Shown here piece after piece: positions 1-9,593 of a stretch of DNA of 64,000 nt. The DNA is from Clostridia bacterium (GTDB lineage: Bacteria > Bacillota > Clostridia > CAKSNL01 > HGM11501): NCBI GenBank assembly GCA_045588365.1, contig JAZNEB010000024.1:114854-178853 (forward strand). The letters run 5' to 3'. The notes below the pieces were generated by a model that was given only the letters and a program-made list of their open reading frames with translations, searched no databases and was not told the DNA's origin. Positions within the stretch are counted from its first letter, which is position 1, and each line of letters opens with the position of its first letter. A program made the position numbers and the translations under genes.

Positions 1-702
1 ATATATCAACCAGGTATTCTTCTGTTAAAGAATTCACCTTAGAATTCATATAAGGGCCTATTTCTCCTGCTTTGTCTATATTGTCCCATGCTTCATTGGG
101 CTTTAAGAGACATATTTCTTCAGGTGTCCAGTGACTATCGCTTTTTAATTTCTTCGGAACTACCTTTACATAACGCACCTTGATATTGGCACCATAGCCG
201 TACTTCCGGCATAAAATATCGGAATATCTGTTTTTGGCATCGAAGGTCATTATATCAAAGTCGTAATAGTTTACTCCGTCCTCAGACACCGATATATAAC
301 CTTCCTCCATTGCTTGTGAAGGATGCAGGTTGTTATTTCCCGATGCCGCCCAGGGGCGCCATACTCTCGAATATACCCTTACGCCCGAAAATAAGCGAGC
401 TTCTTTCAAATCAATTATAACCTCCACGGGGTTTTCGGCCAAGCTGTTCCAGGAAGCTGCCGCCGAATGAATCGACATATGCTCTGAATTGAAATCTGTA
501 TCGTCCGAGGAAATTTTGGAGTCGGCAATTTTTTCACTGCCGTAATTGATTACGACTCCCTCCCCCAATTTAAAGGTTATATCCCAAACGCTTTCGGTCT
601 TAAGCAGGGCTTCGTCAGCATAAGGATCAATCAGGCTGCCTTCTGCAAAGACTGTTGCACTAATACTTAAACATAGTACCAGTGACAAAAAAATACTGCA
701 AA
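1..702 (-). CDS. Secreted protein with F5/8 type C (discoidin)-like domain; start near 702, 3' end runs off the window
   Basis: Minus-strand ORF begins MKKICSIFLSLVLCLSISATVFA (signal peptide) and continues without a stop to position 1. It contains a ...GVRVYSRVW... block resembling the discoidin-like repeats of the 3476-aa protein. Absent from the ORF track because it is truncated. Confidence 0.5.
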
Positions 703-739
703 TTTTCTTCATTCCCTTTCCTCCTATAGTAGCATTTTG

Positions 740-1285
740 TTATTTTTCGTATAATTCAATGGATTCCTTGCCGTCTGCCTCCTCCAAAAAAACCTTTACT
801 ATTTCAGATTTGGAGGTGGGAATATTTTTCCCTATAAAGTCAGGACGGATGGGAAGCTCTCTGTGTCCTCTGTCAACTATTGCCGCAAGCTTTATCTTGG
901 AAGGTCTTCCCATTTCCATCAGGGCATCCATTGCGGCACGGACTGTCCTTCCCGTAAATATAACGTCGTCGGTCAGAATGACCTCCTTGCCCTTTATATC
1001 AAAATCTATATTCGTTCCCGATACCACAGGCTCCTTTGTTTTGTCTTCCTTAAGGTCGTCTCTGTATAAGGTGATATCCAGCTCCCCTACAGGAACATCT
1101 ATTCCTTCTATCTGATAAATACATTGCGAAAGCCTTTTTGCAAAGGGAACTCCTCTTGTCTTTATGCCAACAAGGCAAAGCTTTCTGACATCTTCCGTAT
1201 TTTCAAGGATTTCGTGGGCAATTCTTTTTATACTGCGGTTTAATATATCCGCATCGTATAATACAGTTTTAAGCTTCATATTCAA
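740..1285 (-). CDS. pyrR: Bifunctional pyrimidine operon regulator / uracil phosphoribosyltransferase PyrR
   Basis: 181 aa, VLYDADILNRSIKRIAHEILENTED...LVGIKTRGVPFAKRL...ILTDDVIFTGRTVRAAMDAL; typical PyrR length and PRPP-binding motif. The ORF begins with TTG; an ATG (MKLKTV) lies 2 codons in. Confidence 0.9.
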   Translation of the reverse strand: MNMKLKTVLYDADILNRSIKRIAHEILENTEDVRKLCLVGIKTRGVPFAKRLSQCIYQIEGIDVPVGELDITLYRDDLKEDKTKEPVVSGTNIDFDIKGKEVILTDDVIFTGRTVRAAMDALMEMGRPSKIKLAAIVDRGHRELPIRPDFIGKNIPTSKSEIVKVFLEEADGKESIELYEK

Positions 1286-1292
1286 TAATAAA

Positions 1293-1318
1293 TAAAGGCT
1301 CCCACAAGGGAGCCTTTA
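1293..1318 (-). terminator. GC-rich hairpin plus U-rich tract between pyrP and pyrR; terminator or attenuator
   Basis: AAAGGCTCCC-ACAA-GGGAGCCTTT perfect 10-bp stem; on the minus strand it is followed by AUUUAUUAUU, immediately upstream of pyrR. Confidence 0.45.
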
Positions 1319-1331
1319 TCTTTTCTCCTTT

Positions 1332-2678
1332 TTACTGCTCTTTAGCTCCTTTGAGCATAAGGTTTGCCAATATACCTAAAATCAAAGCTGTTGCAATATT
1401 TGTAAGTGTAACTGCACCGAAGTTGATAGCAAGTCCGCCGATACCGCAGATTAAAATTACGCTTACTACGAAAAGGTTCTTGTTCTGTTCCAGGTCAACC
1501 TTCTGAATCATCTTAAGACCTGATACAGCTATGAAACCGTAAAGTGCGATACATACACCGCCCATGATGCAGGGAGGAATAGAATCAACGAATGCAACGA
1601 AGGGTCTGAAGAAAGCAACGATGACAGAAAGAATTGCAGCAGTTGCAATTGTTACAACGGAAGCATTCTTTGTGATAGCTACGCAGCCAACAGATTCACC
1701 GTAGGTTGTGTTGGGGCATCCGCCGAAGAATGCACCAACCATGGAGCCAACACCATCTCCAAGCAGAGTTCTGTGGAGACCGGGATTTTCTAAAAGATCC
1801 TGATCGATAATTGTGCTTAAGTTCTTGTGGTCTGCAATATGTTCAGCAAATACAACGAAAGCAATGGGAACATAAGCAACTGCGATTGTTGCAATATAAG
1901 CGCCTGTTATTTCACCAAAGCCCCCGAAAGCTGTAAGGAATGTGAACTTTGGAATTGTGAAGAAAGTGGAAAGTCCGAATCCGTCAGCTGTTAAAGCTGT
2001 GAAATAGCTGAAGTCTATAATCTTTATGGCATCAATTCCTGCCGCATTGCCGATAACGGTCATAACAGCTGCAACTACATAACCTGCAAGGATACCGATG
2101 ATGAAGGGAATGAGCTTTGCCATTTTCTTACCGTAAACGGAAGCAGCCATTGTAACTGCAAGTGTTACAAGACCAACGATGATGCAAGCATAGGGAGAAC
2201 CGCAGCCTGCTACTTCGCCGTTCTGAAGGTCGCCAACAGCGTTTCCTGCCAAGGATAAACCGATGATGGAAACTGTGGGGCCGATTACAACTGTGGGCAT
2301 AAGTACGTTAATCCACTTAACGCCTGCAAGCTTTACGATAAGTGCGATTATTACATATACAAGACCTGCAAACACAGCACCGATGATAAGACCTGCATAG
2401 CCCAAAGCCATGGATACGCCACCTGCAAACGCAGCAGCCATAGAACCTAAGAAAGCAAAGGAGCTTCCAAGGAAAACAGGACTGTTAAACTTTGTGAATA
2501 AAAGATATACCAATGTTCCGAGACCTGCACCAAAAAGTGCTGCAGCGGGCTGCATACCATTTCCGATGATAATCGGAACTACCAATGTTGCCGCCATAAT
2601 TGCCAGAAGCTGCTGGATAGCAAAAATAATAATCTGACCGAAAGCGGGCTTGTCTTTTACGCCATAAATCATTTTCAT
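1332..2678 (-). CDS. pyrP: Uracil permease (NCS2 xanthine/uracil permease family)
   Basis: About 448 aa polytopic membrane protein, MKMIYGVKDKPAFGQIIIFAIQQLLAIMAATLVVPIIIG...; NCS2 family features. The likely start is MKMIYG, preceded by GGAGG. The ORF-track N-terminal extension overlaps the attenuator hairpin. Confidence 0.85.
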   Translation of the reverse strand: MKMIYGVKDKPAFGQIIIFAIQQLLAIMAATLVVPIIIGNGMQPAAALFGAGLGTLVYLLFTKFNSPVFLGSSFAFLGSMAAAFAGGVSMALGYAGLIIGAVFAGLVYVIIALIVKLAGVKWINVLMPTVVIGPTVSIIGLSLAGNAVGDLQNGEVAGCGSPYACIIVGLVTLAVTMAASVYGKKMAKLIPFIIGILAGYVVAAVMTVIGNAAGIDAIKIIDFSYFTALTADGFGLSTFFTIPKFTFLTAFGGFGEITGAYIATIAVAYVPIAFVVFAEHIADHKNLSTIIDQDLLENPGLHRTLLGDGVGSMVGAFFGGCPNTTYGESVGCVAITKNASVVTIATAAILSVIVAFFRPFVAFVDSIPPCIMGGVCIALYGFIAVSGLKMIQKVDLEQNKNLFVVSVILICGIGGLAINFGAVTLTNIATALILGILANLMLKGAKEQ

Positions 2679-2695
2679 TTTTACCGACCTCCAAT

Positions 2696-2800
2696 TTTTT
2701 TCAAAAAAACACCTTGTCCGACGCAAACGGACAAGGTGTAAAATGTCAAAATCCAAAAAAGCTCTTGCCGACGTCTCTGCATCGAATTAAAGATTTTTTT
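2696..2800 (-). promoter_or_regulatory. PyrR-dependent transcription attenuator in the pyrP leader
   Basis: Minus-strand RNA reads ...UUUAAUUCGAUGCAGAGACGUCGGCAAGAGC..., close to the PyrR binding-loop consensus UUUAAnUCCAGAGAGGCUnGCAAG. This is followed by a perfect 11-bp hairpin CACCUUGUCCG-loop-CGGACAAGGUG plus UUUUUUU, placed directly before the RBS and start of pyrP. Confidence 0.6.
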
Positions 2801-2857
2801 GCTAACAGAATTATATCACATTCCATTTAATTTGTAAAGCAAATTTTGACAAATTAT

Positions 2858-5635
2858 TTATTTTTTTACTCTGGAAATTATGTATGCGGTTCTTCCCAGT
2901 ATAATTGCCGCTTCGGCTCTTATTATGCTCGAATCTGGGCGGAATGTTCCCATCTCATCACTGCCTGTTAAAATACCCGCATCGTATAAAGCATAGATTT
3001 CTTTTCCGTATTTCTGCTCCCTTGAAACATCGGGAACTGTTCTCGAATTTATTTTGGTAAGCCAGCTTGCCTCAACGCTTCCGTAGAAAATATATGCCAT
3101 TTCCGCCCTTGTGGCAACCTTGTTGTAGTCAGCAAAGTCCCCATCCTTTATTATGCCTTTATTTATTGCATAATTTACATAGGGGCCGAACCAATCTCCG
3201 CCATTTGAATCAAAGGCCTCATTATCCTTTTTATTATTGCTGTAAAGACGGGCTGCCATGGTAATAGCTTCTGCCAGAGTCATTGTTCCTTCAGGATTGA
3301 AGGTGGTATCACTGTTACCCTGCATCAGTCCCGCTTCGCAAACAGTCATTACATTGTCATAATACCAGTTGGCTTCCGTAACGTCGGCAAAGCTCTTACC
3401 AAAGCTCTTGACGTTGAATTTCACATATCCCGTAAAGCTTTCGCCCTCGTAGGTATAGCCCGTAAACGAAACCTGAGCCACTCCCTTAAATCCGTTTTGG
3501 GGAATGAAGGTTACATCATTTATGGAAGGGTCTCTGTCTATATAATAGCTCTTTCCTGCAGTATGCTCATACTGGCTCGCCGTTCCGTAGTTTACATAAA
3601 GCTTTCCTGCCGCTGAATTCATAACTCCCAGCTTGATGTAATAGATGGATTCGTCCAGAGCCTCAAGACAGGCGGTATTGAATTCTCCTACAGTAAGCTG
3701 CTTGCCTGACTTATTTACATTGTTATAGATTATTTCCGCCTTATCTGTAGCTGTCTCTTCATCCGATGAATCTGCGCCCTTATATGTTATTTTTATCTTT
3801 CCCGATACTGCATTGGCTGAGGATGAAGATGAATAACCCGTGTATGAAAGGGTAACTGTTCCTTTATAGTTTTTCTTGGGTACAAAGCTTACATATTTTA
3901 TATAGGGAGAGGCCGAATTATAGTACTTCTTGGATGCAGAAACCTTTGCTTCGTCGTCCCCGTCGTAGTCATAGTAAAGGGTTCCGTACGAAGATGAGGG
4001 AAGCGAAAACTTCATGCTGTACAAAGCTTTTCCCGTAACCTTCTTGTATGCAGTATTTATCTTTGTATAGCTCATGGTAACAGTTTTGTTTACATCTGCT
4101 TCCACTGTGATTGTCTGAATTTCTTCGTCTTCATCGTCCTCGTCATCATCACCGTCTGCCGACTTTATCTTGACGGAAATTTTACCCTCGTAATATTTGG
4201 AGCTTGTATAATAGCCCTTATATTCCAAAGTAATTGTTCCCGAATAGTCATAATCCGGAACCAGAGTCAAATCGGAAATATCAGGGTCCTCGTCATAGTA
4301 AAAACCGTCCCCTTTTGCCACTTTATCCTCGTCGTCCCCGTCGTAGTCATAGTATAAAACTGCCTTGCTTGATGAGGGAATGGTTGTAAATACTATCTTT
4401 ATAAGCTCTTCGTCAACACTGTCTTCAAAGTTGTCGTAAAAATCGTCCCCGTCAAACTCCAGTTCGTCGTCGTTATACACTGATAAGGAAATGGTATCAA
4501 TGTCATAATCCTCGTCCTCATCTTCATCCTCTTCATCATCTGACGAGGTGGATTTAACCTTTATTTCTATTTTAGCCTCATAGTACTTACTTGAGGTGTA
4601 ATAGCCCTTATATGTAAGTGTAACGGTTCCCGAGGTTCCTTTCTTGGGAACAAAGTAAACATCTGAAATCTCATCCTCACTTGAGTACAGAAATTCATCT
4701 GTCTTGGTTACTTTCTTTTCGTCATCGCCTTTGTAATCATAATAAAGTGTGCCCTGACTTGTGGAGGGAAGCTTGGTAAATACAATCCCTAAAAGCTCCT
4801 TGTCTGCCGCATCCTCACAAACATCTGCAAAATCGTCTCCGTCAAATGCCAATGTCTTGTTGTTGTAAACGCTATAGGATATCTTATCTGCTTCAATTTC
4901 TTTTTCTATTGTTATCTTTATTGTTCCCGAAAGAGTCGGGTATGATGTTTTGCTTCCGTAAGCCGTATAAGCTATTTCAATCGTTCCCTCTTTTTTGGGA
5001 ACAAAGGCTATATTATCAAGCTCTGATGAGTCAAGCTTTTCATTTTTCTTTATTGCTTCCTGATCATCCCCGTCATAGTCATAATAGAGCTTTCCGTAGG
5101 TAGTTGAAGGAAGTGCGGGAATTTTTATATAGCCGAATTTTTCACCTGTGGCTTTTTTGTAGGCTCCCGAAAAATCATCCTTATCAAAATATACTTCTTT
5201 TCCCTGTTTTCCCGTATATTCTATATCTTCTAAGGCAGGCTCGTCTTCTTCTGTTTCATTGCTTCCCTCTGATGAGCTGCTGTCATTTGAAGAGTCGCTC
5301 TCATTTGAAGAATCGCTTTCGCTTGAAGAATCGCTTTCGCTTGAAGAATCGCCTTCGCTTGAAGAATCGCTTTCGCTCGAAGAATCGCTCTCACTTGAAG
5401 AATCGCTTTCGCTTGAAGAATCGCCTTCGCTTGAAGAATCGCTTTCGCTCGAAGAGTCGCTCTCACTTGAAGAATCGCTTTCGCTTGAAGAATCGCCTTC
5501 TGTTGCTCCGGTGCTTTCTTCAGTATTTCCCTCTGTTGCTTCTTCCTCCCCGAGCACTCCAAATGTGTAAACACCCGACATAATTATCGACATAATCAAT
5601 ATTAAGGATATAATTTTCAAAATGTTTTTTTTCAT
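2858..5635 (-). CDS. Cell-surface protein: signal peptide, Ser/Asp-rich linker, about five repeated YDYDGDD-containing beta-rich modules, three C-terminal SLH domains
   Basis: The start is likely MKKNILKIISLILIMSIIMSG at 5635; the upstream ORF extension overlaps the carD terminator. The C terminus has three FADV...W / TRAE SLH-like repeats (FADVTEANWYYDNV..., FGPYVNYAINKGII..., EIYALYDAGILTGS...). Confidence 0.8.
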   Translation of the reverse strand: MKKNILKIISLILIMSIIMSGVYTFGVLGEEEATEGNTEESTGATEGDSSSESDSSSESDSSSESDSSSEGDSSSESDSSSESDSSSESDSSSEGDSSSESDSSSESDSSNESDSSNDSSSSEGSNETEEDEPALEDIEYTGKQGKEVYFDKDDFSGAYKKATGEKFGYIKIPALPSTTYGKLYYDYDGDDQEAIKKNEKLDSSELDNIAFVPKKEGTIEIAYTAYGSKTSYPTLSGTIKITIEKEIEADKISYSVYNNKTLAFDGDDFADVCEDAADKELLGIVFTKLPSTSQGTLYYDYKGDDEKKVTKTDEFLYSSEDEISDVYFVPKKGTSGTVTLTYKGYYTSSKYYEAKIEIKVKSTSSDDEEDEDEDEDYDIDTISLSVYNDDELEFDGDDFYDNFEDSVDEELIKIVFTTIPSSSKAVLYYDYDGDDEDKVAKGDGFYYDEDPDISDLTLVPDYDYSGTITLEYKGYYTSSKYYEGKISVKIKSADGDDDEDDEDEEIQTITVEADVNKTVTMSYTKINTAYKKVTGKALYSMKFSLPSSSYGTLYYDYDGDDEAKVSASKKYYNSASPYIKYVSFVPKKNYKGTVTLSYTGYSSSSSANAVSGKIKITYKGADSSDEETATDKAEIIYNNVNKSGKQLTVGEFNTACLEALDESIYYIKLGVMNSAAGKLYVNYGTASQYEHTAGKSYYIDRDPSINDVTFIPQNGFKGVAQVSFTGYTYEGESFTGYVKFNVKSFGKSFADVTEANWYYDNVMTVCEAGLMQGNSDTTFNPEGTMTLAEAITMAARLYSNNKKDNEAFDSNGGDWFGPYVNYAINKGIIKDGDFADYNKVATRAEMAYIFYGSVEASWLTKINSRTVPDVSREQKYGKEIYALYDAGILTGSDEMGTFRPDSSIIRAEAAIILGRTAYIISRVKK
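5259..5500 (-). repeat. Perfect tandem 18/36-bp repeat encoding (SESDSS)n
   Basis: gaagaatcgctttcgcttgaagaatcgccttcgctt... repeats about 13 times on the + strand. It is in frame within the SLH protein and generates repeat-driven spurious ORFs in other frames. Confidence 0.9.
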
Positions 5636-5715
5636 AGCCTTCGTCCTTTCTTTATACTTTTTAAACCTTATGCTTTTATAATACATTAAAACCCCCGCAA
5701 AGTCAATGCAAATAA

Positions 5716-5741
5716 AAAAAGAAGGCGACAGCCTTCTTTTC
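5716..5741 (-). terminator. Rho-independent terminator after carD-like gene
   Basis: Minus strand: GAAGGCUGUCGCCUUC followed by UUUUUUU, immediately after the stop at 5740. Confidence 0.6.
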
Positions 5742-6288
5742 ATATTCTTTCAGGAGTTAATTCCCCAAGCATAAAGGGAATAACCTCCGACTTTTCAATT
5801 TTAAAAATAGTTTTAAGCTCTTCTACCAAAAGGTCTTCCACTTCCACATAAAAGTATTCGTCCAGCTTGTGAAGCCTTTTACCCTGCTCTGAAAGTTCTT
5901 CCTTATGGAGCTTTATGGTTTTTACAAAAGAAGCTATTGACGCTCTGTCCGCTTCGTTTATAGCCGCCTTGTACTTATCCCGTCTTGCCCTGTCATTTTC
6001 AATCCACTCTGAAGGCTTTGCTTCTTTCACAATGAGTATAAATTCCTCGGCGGTTATAATTTTCCTGAGCTTGGTTTCGGCTGTTTTCCCCTCTACCGGC
6101 ACGAAAAAAACCGCACTTGACTTTCTGACCGGGGTAAGTATGTAGTAGCTTATTTTTTTATCTGCAATTTTTCTCTCTTCTATTGCACTTATACTGCAAA
6201 GACCCTCTCCGCCGTAAAGCACCATATCCCCTAAATTATACATGTCTGCCTCACTCATTTTCATTAGTATGCTTATATTATACCACAA
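5740..6288 (-). CDS. CarD/CdnL family transcriptional regulator (RNA polymerase-binding)
   Basis: N-terminal YNLGDMVLYGGEGLCSISAIEERKIADKKISYYIL matches the CarD_CdnL_TRCF fold pattern; about 170 aa. Confidence 0.7.
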   Translation of the reverse strand: MWYNISILMKMSEADMYNLGDMVLYGGEGLCSISAIEERKIADKKISYYILTPVRKSSAVFFVPVEGKTAETKLRKIITAEEFILIVKEAKPSEWIENDRARRDKYKAAINEADRASIASFVKTIKLHKEELSEQGKRLHKLDEYFYVEVEDLLVEELKTIFKIEKSEVIPFMLGELTPERI

Positions 6289-6339
6289 AACTCCCGTCTG
6301 TTCAAGGGATATTTTGACAAAAAAAGCCGAAATAACCCT

Positions 6340-7512
6340 TTATTTTCCTTGTCTTTTTGCACATTCTATTAAAGATCCCCTGTCATTTTTTATATTTTCC
6401 TCTATCACTTCATCAAGGAGATAATTAAGGATAGTTCCTATTTTTCTTCCGCCGAAACCCAGTTCCTTAAGCTCATCTCCTCCTATAACAAGATCTGTTA
6501 TTTTGGTGCAGGATTTTTCGCATTCATCAATCATTGATAAAATTTCCTTTAATCTTGCATCATCAATTTCTTCTTTAAGGCGTTTAAGCTCTGCCGTCAT
6601 TTTTAATATCTCACAATCAAAATCTCTCAAAAGATATTTTATTGCCTTAATATCAGAAAAAGCTTTTCCGTAAAGCTTCACCAACGACAAAACCTCATGA
6701 GTTGTTTTTTTGTCCGCCTTGAGACTTCCCATAACTTCCTTTATTTCCGCAAAGGTCAGGCCATCAAGCAAAAGCGCAAAATTTACGGAAAGACTTTCTG
6801 AAATTTCCCCGGCAAATTCAGGGTTTATCTTTTCAAACAGGGGATTTATCACCGAAAAAACACTTTTAAACGAAGATATTACCCTTCCTTTATCCCTTCC
6901 CGCCATAAGCTTTTTAAGCTCAGAATAAATCCTCTCTTTTGAAATATTCAATAAAAGCTCTTTGTTTTTAAGTAAGGACTCCTCCGTATTTTTATCTATG
7001 GCAAATCCAAGTGTTGCGGAAAACCTTAATGCCCTCATTATTCTTAAGGCATCCTCGGAAAATCTTCTGTCGGGCTCTCCCACACATTTTATTATTTTTT
7101 TATCAAGGTCCTCCTTTCCCGAAAGAGGGTCGAAAAGATTTAAATTTTTATCCATCGCCATGGCGTTTACCGTAAAATCACGTCTCATTAAATCTTCTTT
7201 CAATTCTTTGGTAAATAAAACCTTTTCGGGATGGCGGGAATCTGAATATTTCCCGTCAATGCGGTAGGTGGTGATTTCAATGGCTTTTCCGTCTATGACA
7301 GGAGCTATTGTTCCGTGTTTTTCTCCCGACAACACCTTTTTTTCGCGGGGGAAACACCTTTTTATTTCTTCGGGAAGCGCATTTGTGGCAATGTCAAAAT
7401 CAGAAGGTGTCTTTCCCATTAAAATATCCCTTACACAACCGCCCACAAGATAGGCAGAAAAGCCATTTTTCTCAAGGCTTTCTATGGCATATAAGACATC
7501 CTTGCCTAACAT
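6340..7512 (-). CDS. cca: CCA-adding tRNA nucleotidyltransferase
   Basis: LVGGCVRDILMGKTPSDFDIATNALPEEIKRCF... polymerase-beta nucleotidyltransferase head plus tRNA-NT body; 390 aa. Confidence 0.85.
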   Translation of the reverse strand: MLGKDVLYAIESLEKNGFSAYLVGGCVRDILMGKTPSDFDIATNALPEEIKRCFPREKKVLSGEKHGTIAPVIDGKAIEITTYRIDGKYSDSRHPEKVLFTKELKEDLMRRDFTVNAMAMDKNLNLFDPLSGKEDLDKKIIKCVGEPDRRFSEDALRIMRALRFSATLGFAIDKNTEESLLKNKELLLNISKERIYSELKKLMAGRDKGRVISSFKSVFSVINPLFEKINPEFAGEISESLSVNFALLLDGLTFAEIKEVMGSLKADKKTTHEVLSLVKLYGKAFSDIKAIKYLLRDFDCEILKMTAELKRLKEEIDDARLKEILSMIDECEKSCTKITDLVIGGDELKELGFGGRKIGTILNYLLDEVIEENIKNDRGSLIECAKRQGK

Positions 7513-7581
7513 TTTTACTCCCCTTTCTTTTTTATCAGTTAAAAATCCTTGCCGTTCCGTCCTTTGCTATCGACAGCATCT

Positions 7582-9477
7582 CTACCTTTCCTTGTAATAG
7601 TCTCCCAAAACCACCTTATCATTGGTTTCTATACTGTCCTTTACCCTTTTATTCTGCAGTGCAATATATTCCTGCTGGTCTGCAAACAGCTCTTCCTCTG
7701 ACGGCAGATAGTACATACTGCTGTCCATCCAGCCCCAGGTTTCAAAATAGGCAAAGCCGGGATTTTCGGGATCTAAAATATCGTTTCCTATATATCTTCC
7801 CTCATCGGAAAGACCGAAAAGATTCACTATGGTAGGCGCCCAGTCAATGGTCATCATGGGCTTTGACACCTCTAAGGGCTTTATCCCCTCTGCATATATA
7901 AACGCAGGAACTGTGTAAGAAAGAGTGTCCCCCTTCCATTCATTTAAAAGCTCAGAGTCAGAAACCCCGTAAGCAAAGTGGTCCGTATAGCCGATAATTA
8001 CGGTATCTTTCAGGAGGTCATCCTCTTTGAGTCTTTCTAAAAGAAGCCTGAAAAATTCATCTGTATCGTGTGCTAAAATTTCTATGTTATTTTTTTCTTC
8101 GGGAATTTCTTCATTTATGCGGTCTTCCCATATTTCCTTTGCCAAAAGAAGCTTGGGACTGTCTCCCTTATAAGGAAGATGCGCCGAGTAGGTTATGAAA
8201 AAGTTGAAAAACGGGGTTTCTTCCGTCATCTTTTCATAGATTTCATCATTCTTAAGTATGCTGCTGTCAAGCTCCGCCTCTGTCCCCGTAAGATTAAAAT
8301 CCTGAAAGGAATTATACTTATCATAGCCGAAGCTTTTATGCATAATACCTCTGTTATAAAACTCAGGACTGTTAAAATGGAAAGAATTTACCCCATAACC
8401 CTTTTCCTTGAAAAGTCGTGCCAGCGCATAGGGAAAGCTGTTGGTGCTGAAGTTTGATGCACTTACGGCACTTACAGGTGTAAAAAATCCCGTGTTGAAG
8501 GCAAATTCCGAGCTGAAGGTAAAGCCCACCCCGAAAAAGGGCGCATTGTAATTGGTGAAATTTATGCCCTTATTCATCATTTTATAAAGAGTGGGCGTGT
8601 TTTTTTCATCTATCATCCATGTATCCATGCTCTCCATCATTACGGCGATGACATTTTTACCCTCAAAAAGTCCCGTATACTTATGAACCGAAGGTTCGCC
8701 CTTGGCTTCAAAGTATTCATTTATTCCGTGTAAATCCTCCTCGGAATATTTTCCCTCGAAAAAAATATTCTTGCAAAGGTCAAGATATGTAAAATGATAA
8801 AGTCCCGTTATTTCAAACGCCTTATTTATGTCATTGAAGTTTTTATATACCACTCTGGGCTTTTTCCATGTATCCCAGCCGTTTACGTTGTCTTTGTGAA
8901 TTTCAGGTCTCATGCCGATATGGGTAAAAGCCAATGTAAGCAGCGGTATGAGAAATATTAAAATTCCTGTTTTCTTGCCTGTTTTCGGTTTGGTCCACGA
9001 AAAGAGGCCTATTATAAGAGAAATAAGCGCCGCCGACACATATATAATGACCCTTTCATCCACCATATTAAGGGCATAGCCGCAATAGTCCTTTCCCTCA
9101 CCTGCAAGAGCGATGCTTTTAAGCCAGAAAAACTGGTCAAATATTCTGTGATATATATACTGACTTAAGGAAAGGCATATAAAGGCCATAGAAATAGCAA
9201 AGAAAACTATTCTTCCCGCTTTTTTTGGCATAAGAAAAACACAGAAGAAAACAAATATAAAAACCCAGCAAAGCTCAAATATATAAGACACGGTTTTTAC
9301 ATAGCCCTCCGTAAAAAAGCCCGTCCCCTGAATACCTTTAACCAGCATATCAGGGAAAATAAGAGCGAGAGATAAAAATAAAATAAAGTAATATCTTTTT
9401 ATAAATTCAAGTGTCTTTTTCAAACAATACACCGCCCGAAGTTTATTTAATCTACAACATTTTACATATTTCAACAA
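7582..9477 (-). CDS. LTA synthase-like membrane sulfatase / phosphoglycerol transferase family protein
   Basis: N-terminal multi-TM region followed by an extracytoplasmic alkaline-phosphatase-superfamily (sulfatase) domain; 631 aa. Confidence 0.7.
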   Translation of the reverse strand: MLKYVKCCRLNKLRAVYCLKKTLEFIKRYYFILFLSLALIFPDMLVKGIQGTGFFTEGYVKTVSYIFELCWVFIFVFFCVFLMPKKAGRIVFFAISMAFICLSLSQYIYHRIFDQFFWLKSIALAGEGKDYCGYALNMVDERVIIYVSAALISLIIGLFSWTKPKTGKKTGILIFLIPLLTLAFTHIGMRPEIHKDNVNGWDTWKKPRVVYKNFNDINKAFEITGLYHFTYLDLCKNIFFEGKYSEEDLHGINEYFEAKGEPSVHKYTGLFEGKNVIAVMMESMDTWMIDEKNTPTLYKMMNKGINFTNYNAPFFGVGFTFSSEFAFNTGFFTPVSAVSASNFSTNSFPYALARLFKEKGYGVNSFHFNSPEFYNRGIMHKSFGYDKYNSFQDFNLTGTEAELDSSILKNDEIYEKMTEETPFFNFFITYSAHLPYKGDSPKLLLAKEIWEDRINEEIPEEKNNIEILAHDTDEFFRLLLERLKEDDLLKDTVIIGYTDHFAYGVSDSELLNEWKGDTLSYTVPAFIYAEGIKPLEVSKPMMTIDWAPTIVNLFGLSDEGRYIGNDILDPENPGFAYFETWGWMDSSMYYLPSEEELFADQQEYIALQNKRVKDSIETNDKVVLGDYYKER

Positions 9478-9528
9478 GGTTGATTATATACCATATTTCC
9501 AAAAAAATCAATCTTTAACTAAAACCTC

Positions 9529-9558
9529 TTGCAAATCCCTTCTTTTTCTGCTATAATA
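9529..9558 (+). promoter_or_regulatory. Sigma-A type promoter for proS
   Basis: TTGCAA - 17 bp - TATAAT (cttgcaaatcccttctttttctgctataat), about 35 bp upstream of the proS RBS. Confidence 0.4.
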
Positions 9559-9593
9559 TTACACTGTATAATAATGCAAAAGGGGTTTTTAAA

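Noticed and set aside
5104-5583. ORFs 5104-5583(+), 5230-5574(-), 5259-5570(+) with periodic KNRFRL/AKAILQ/EESLSL sequences
   Set aside because: These are alternative-frame translations of the (SESDSS)n tandem repeat inside the genuine minus-strand SLH gene. The repeat is coding, not a CRISPR array: 18-bp unit, no unique spacers.
5636-5743. N-terminal extension MKRRLSPSFFICIDFAGVLMYYKSIRFKKYKERTKA of ORF 2858-5743
   Set aside because: The extension translates the carD terminator hairpin (GAAGGCUGUCGCCUUC plus U-tract). A canonical signal peptide begins at the internal Met (5635).
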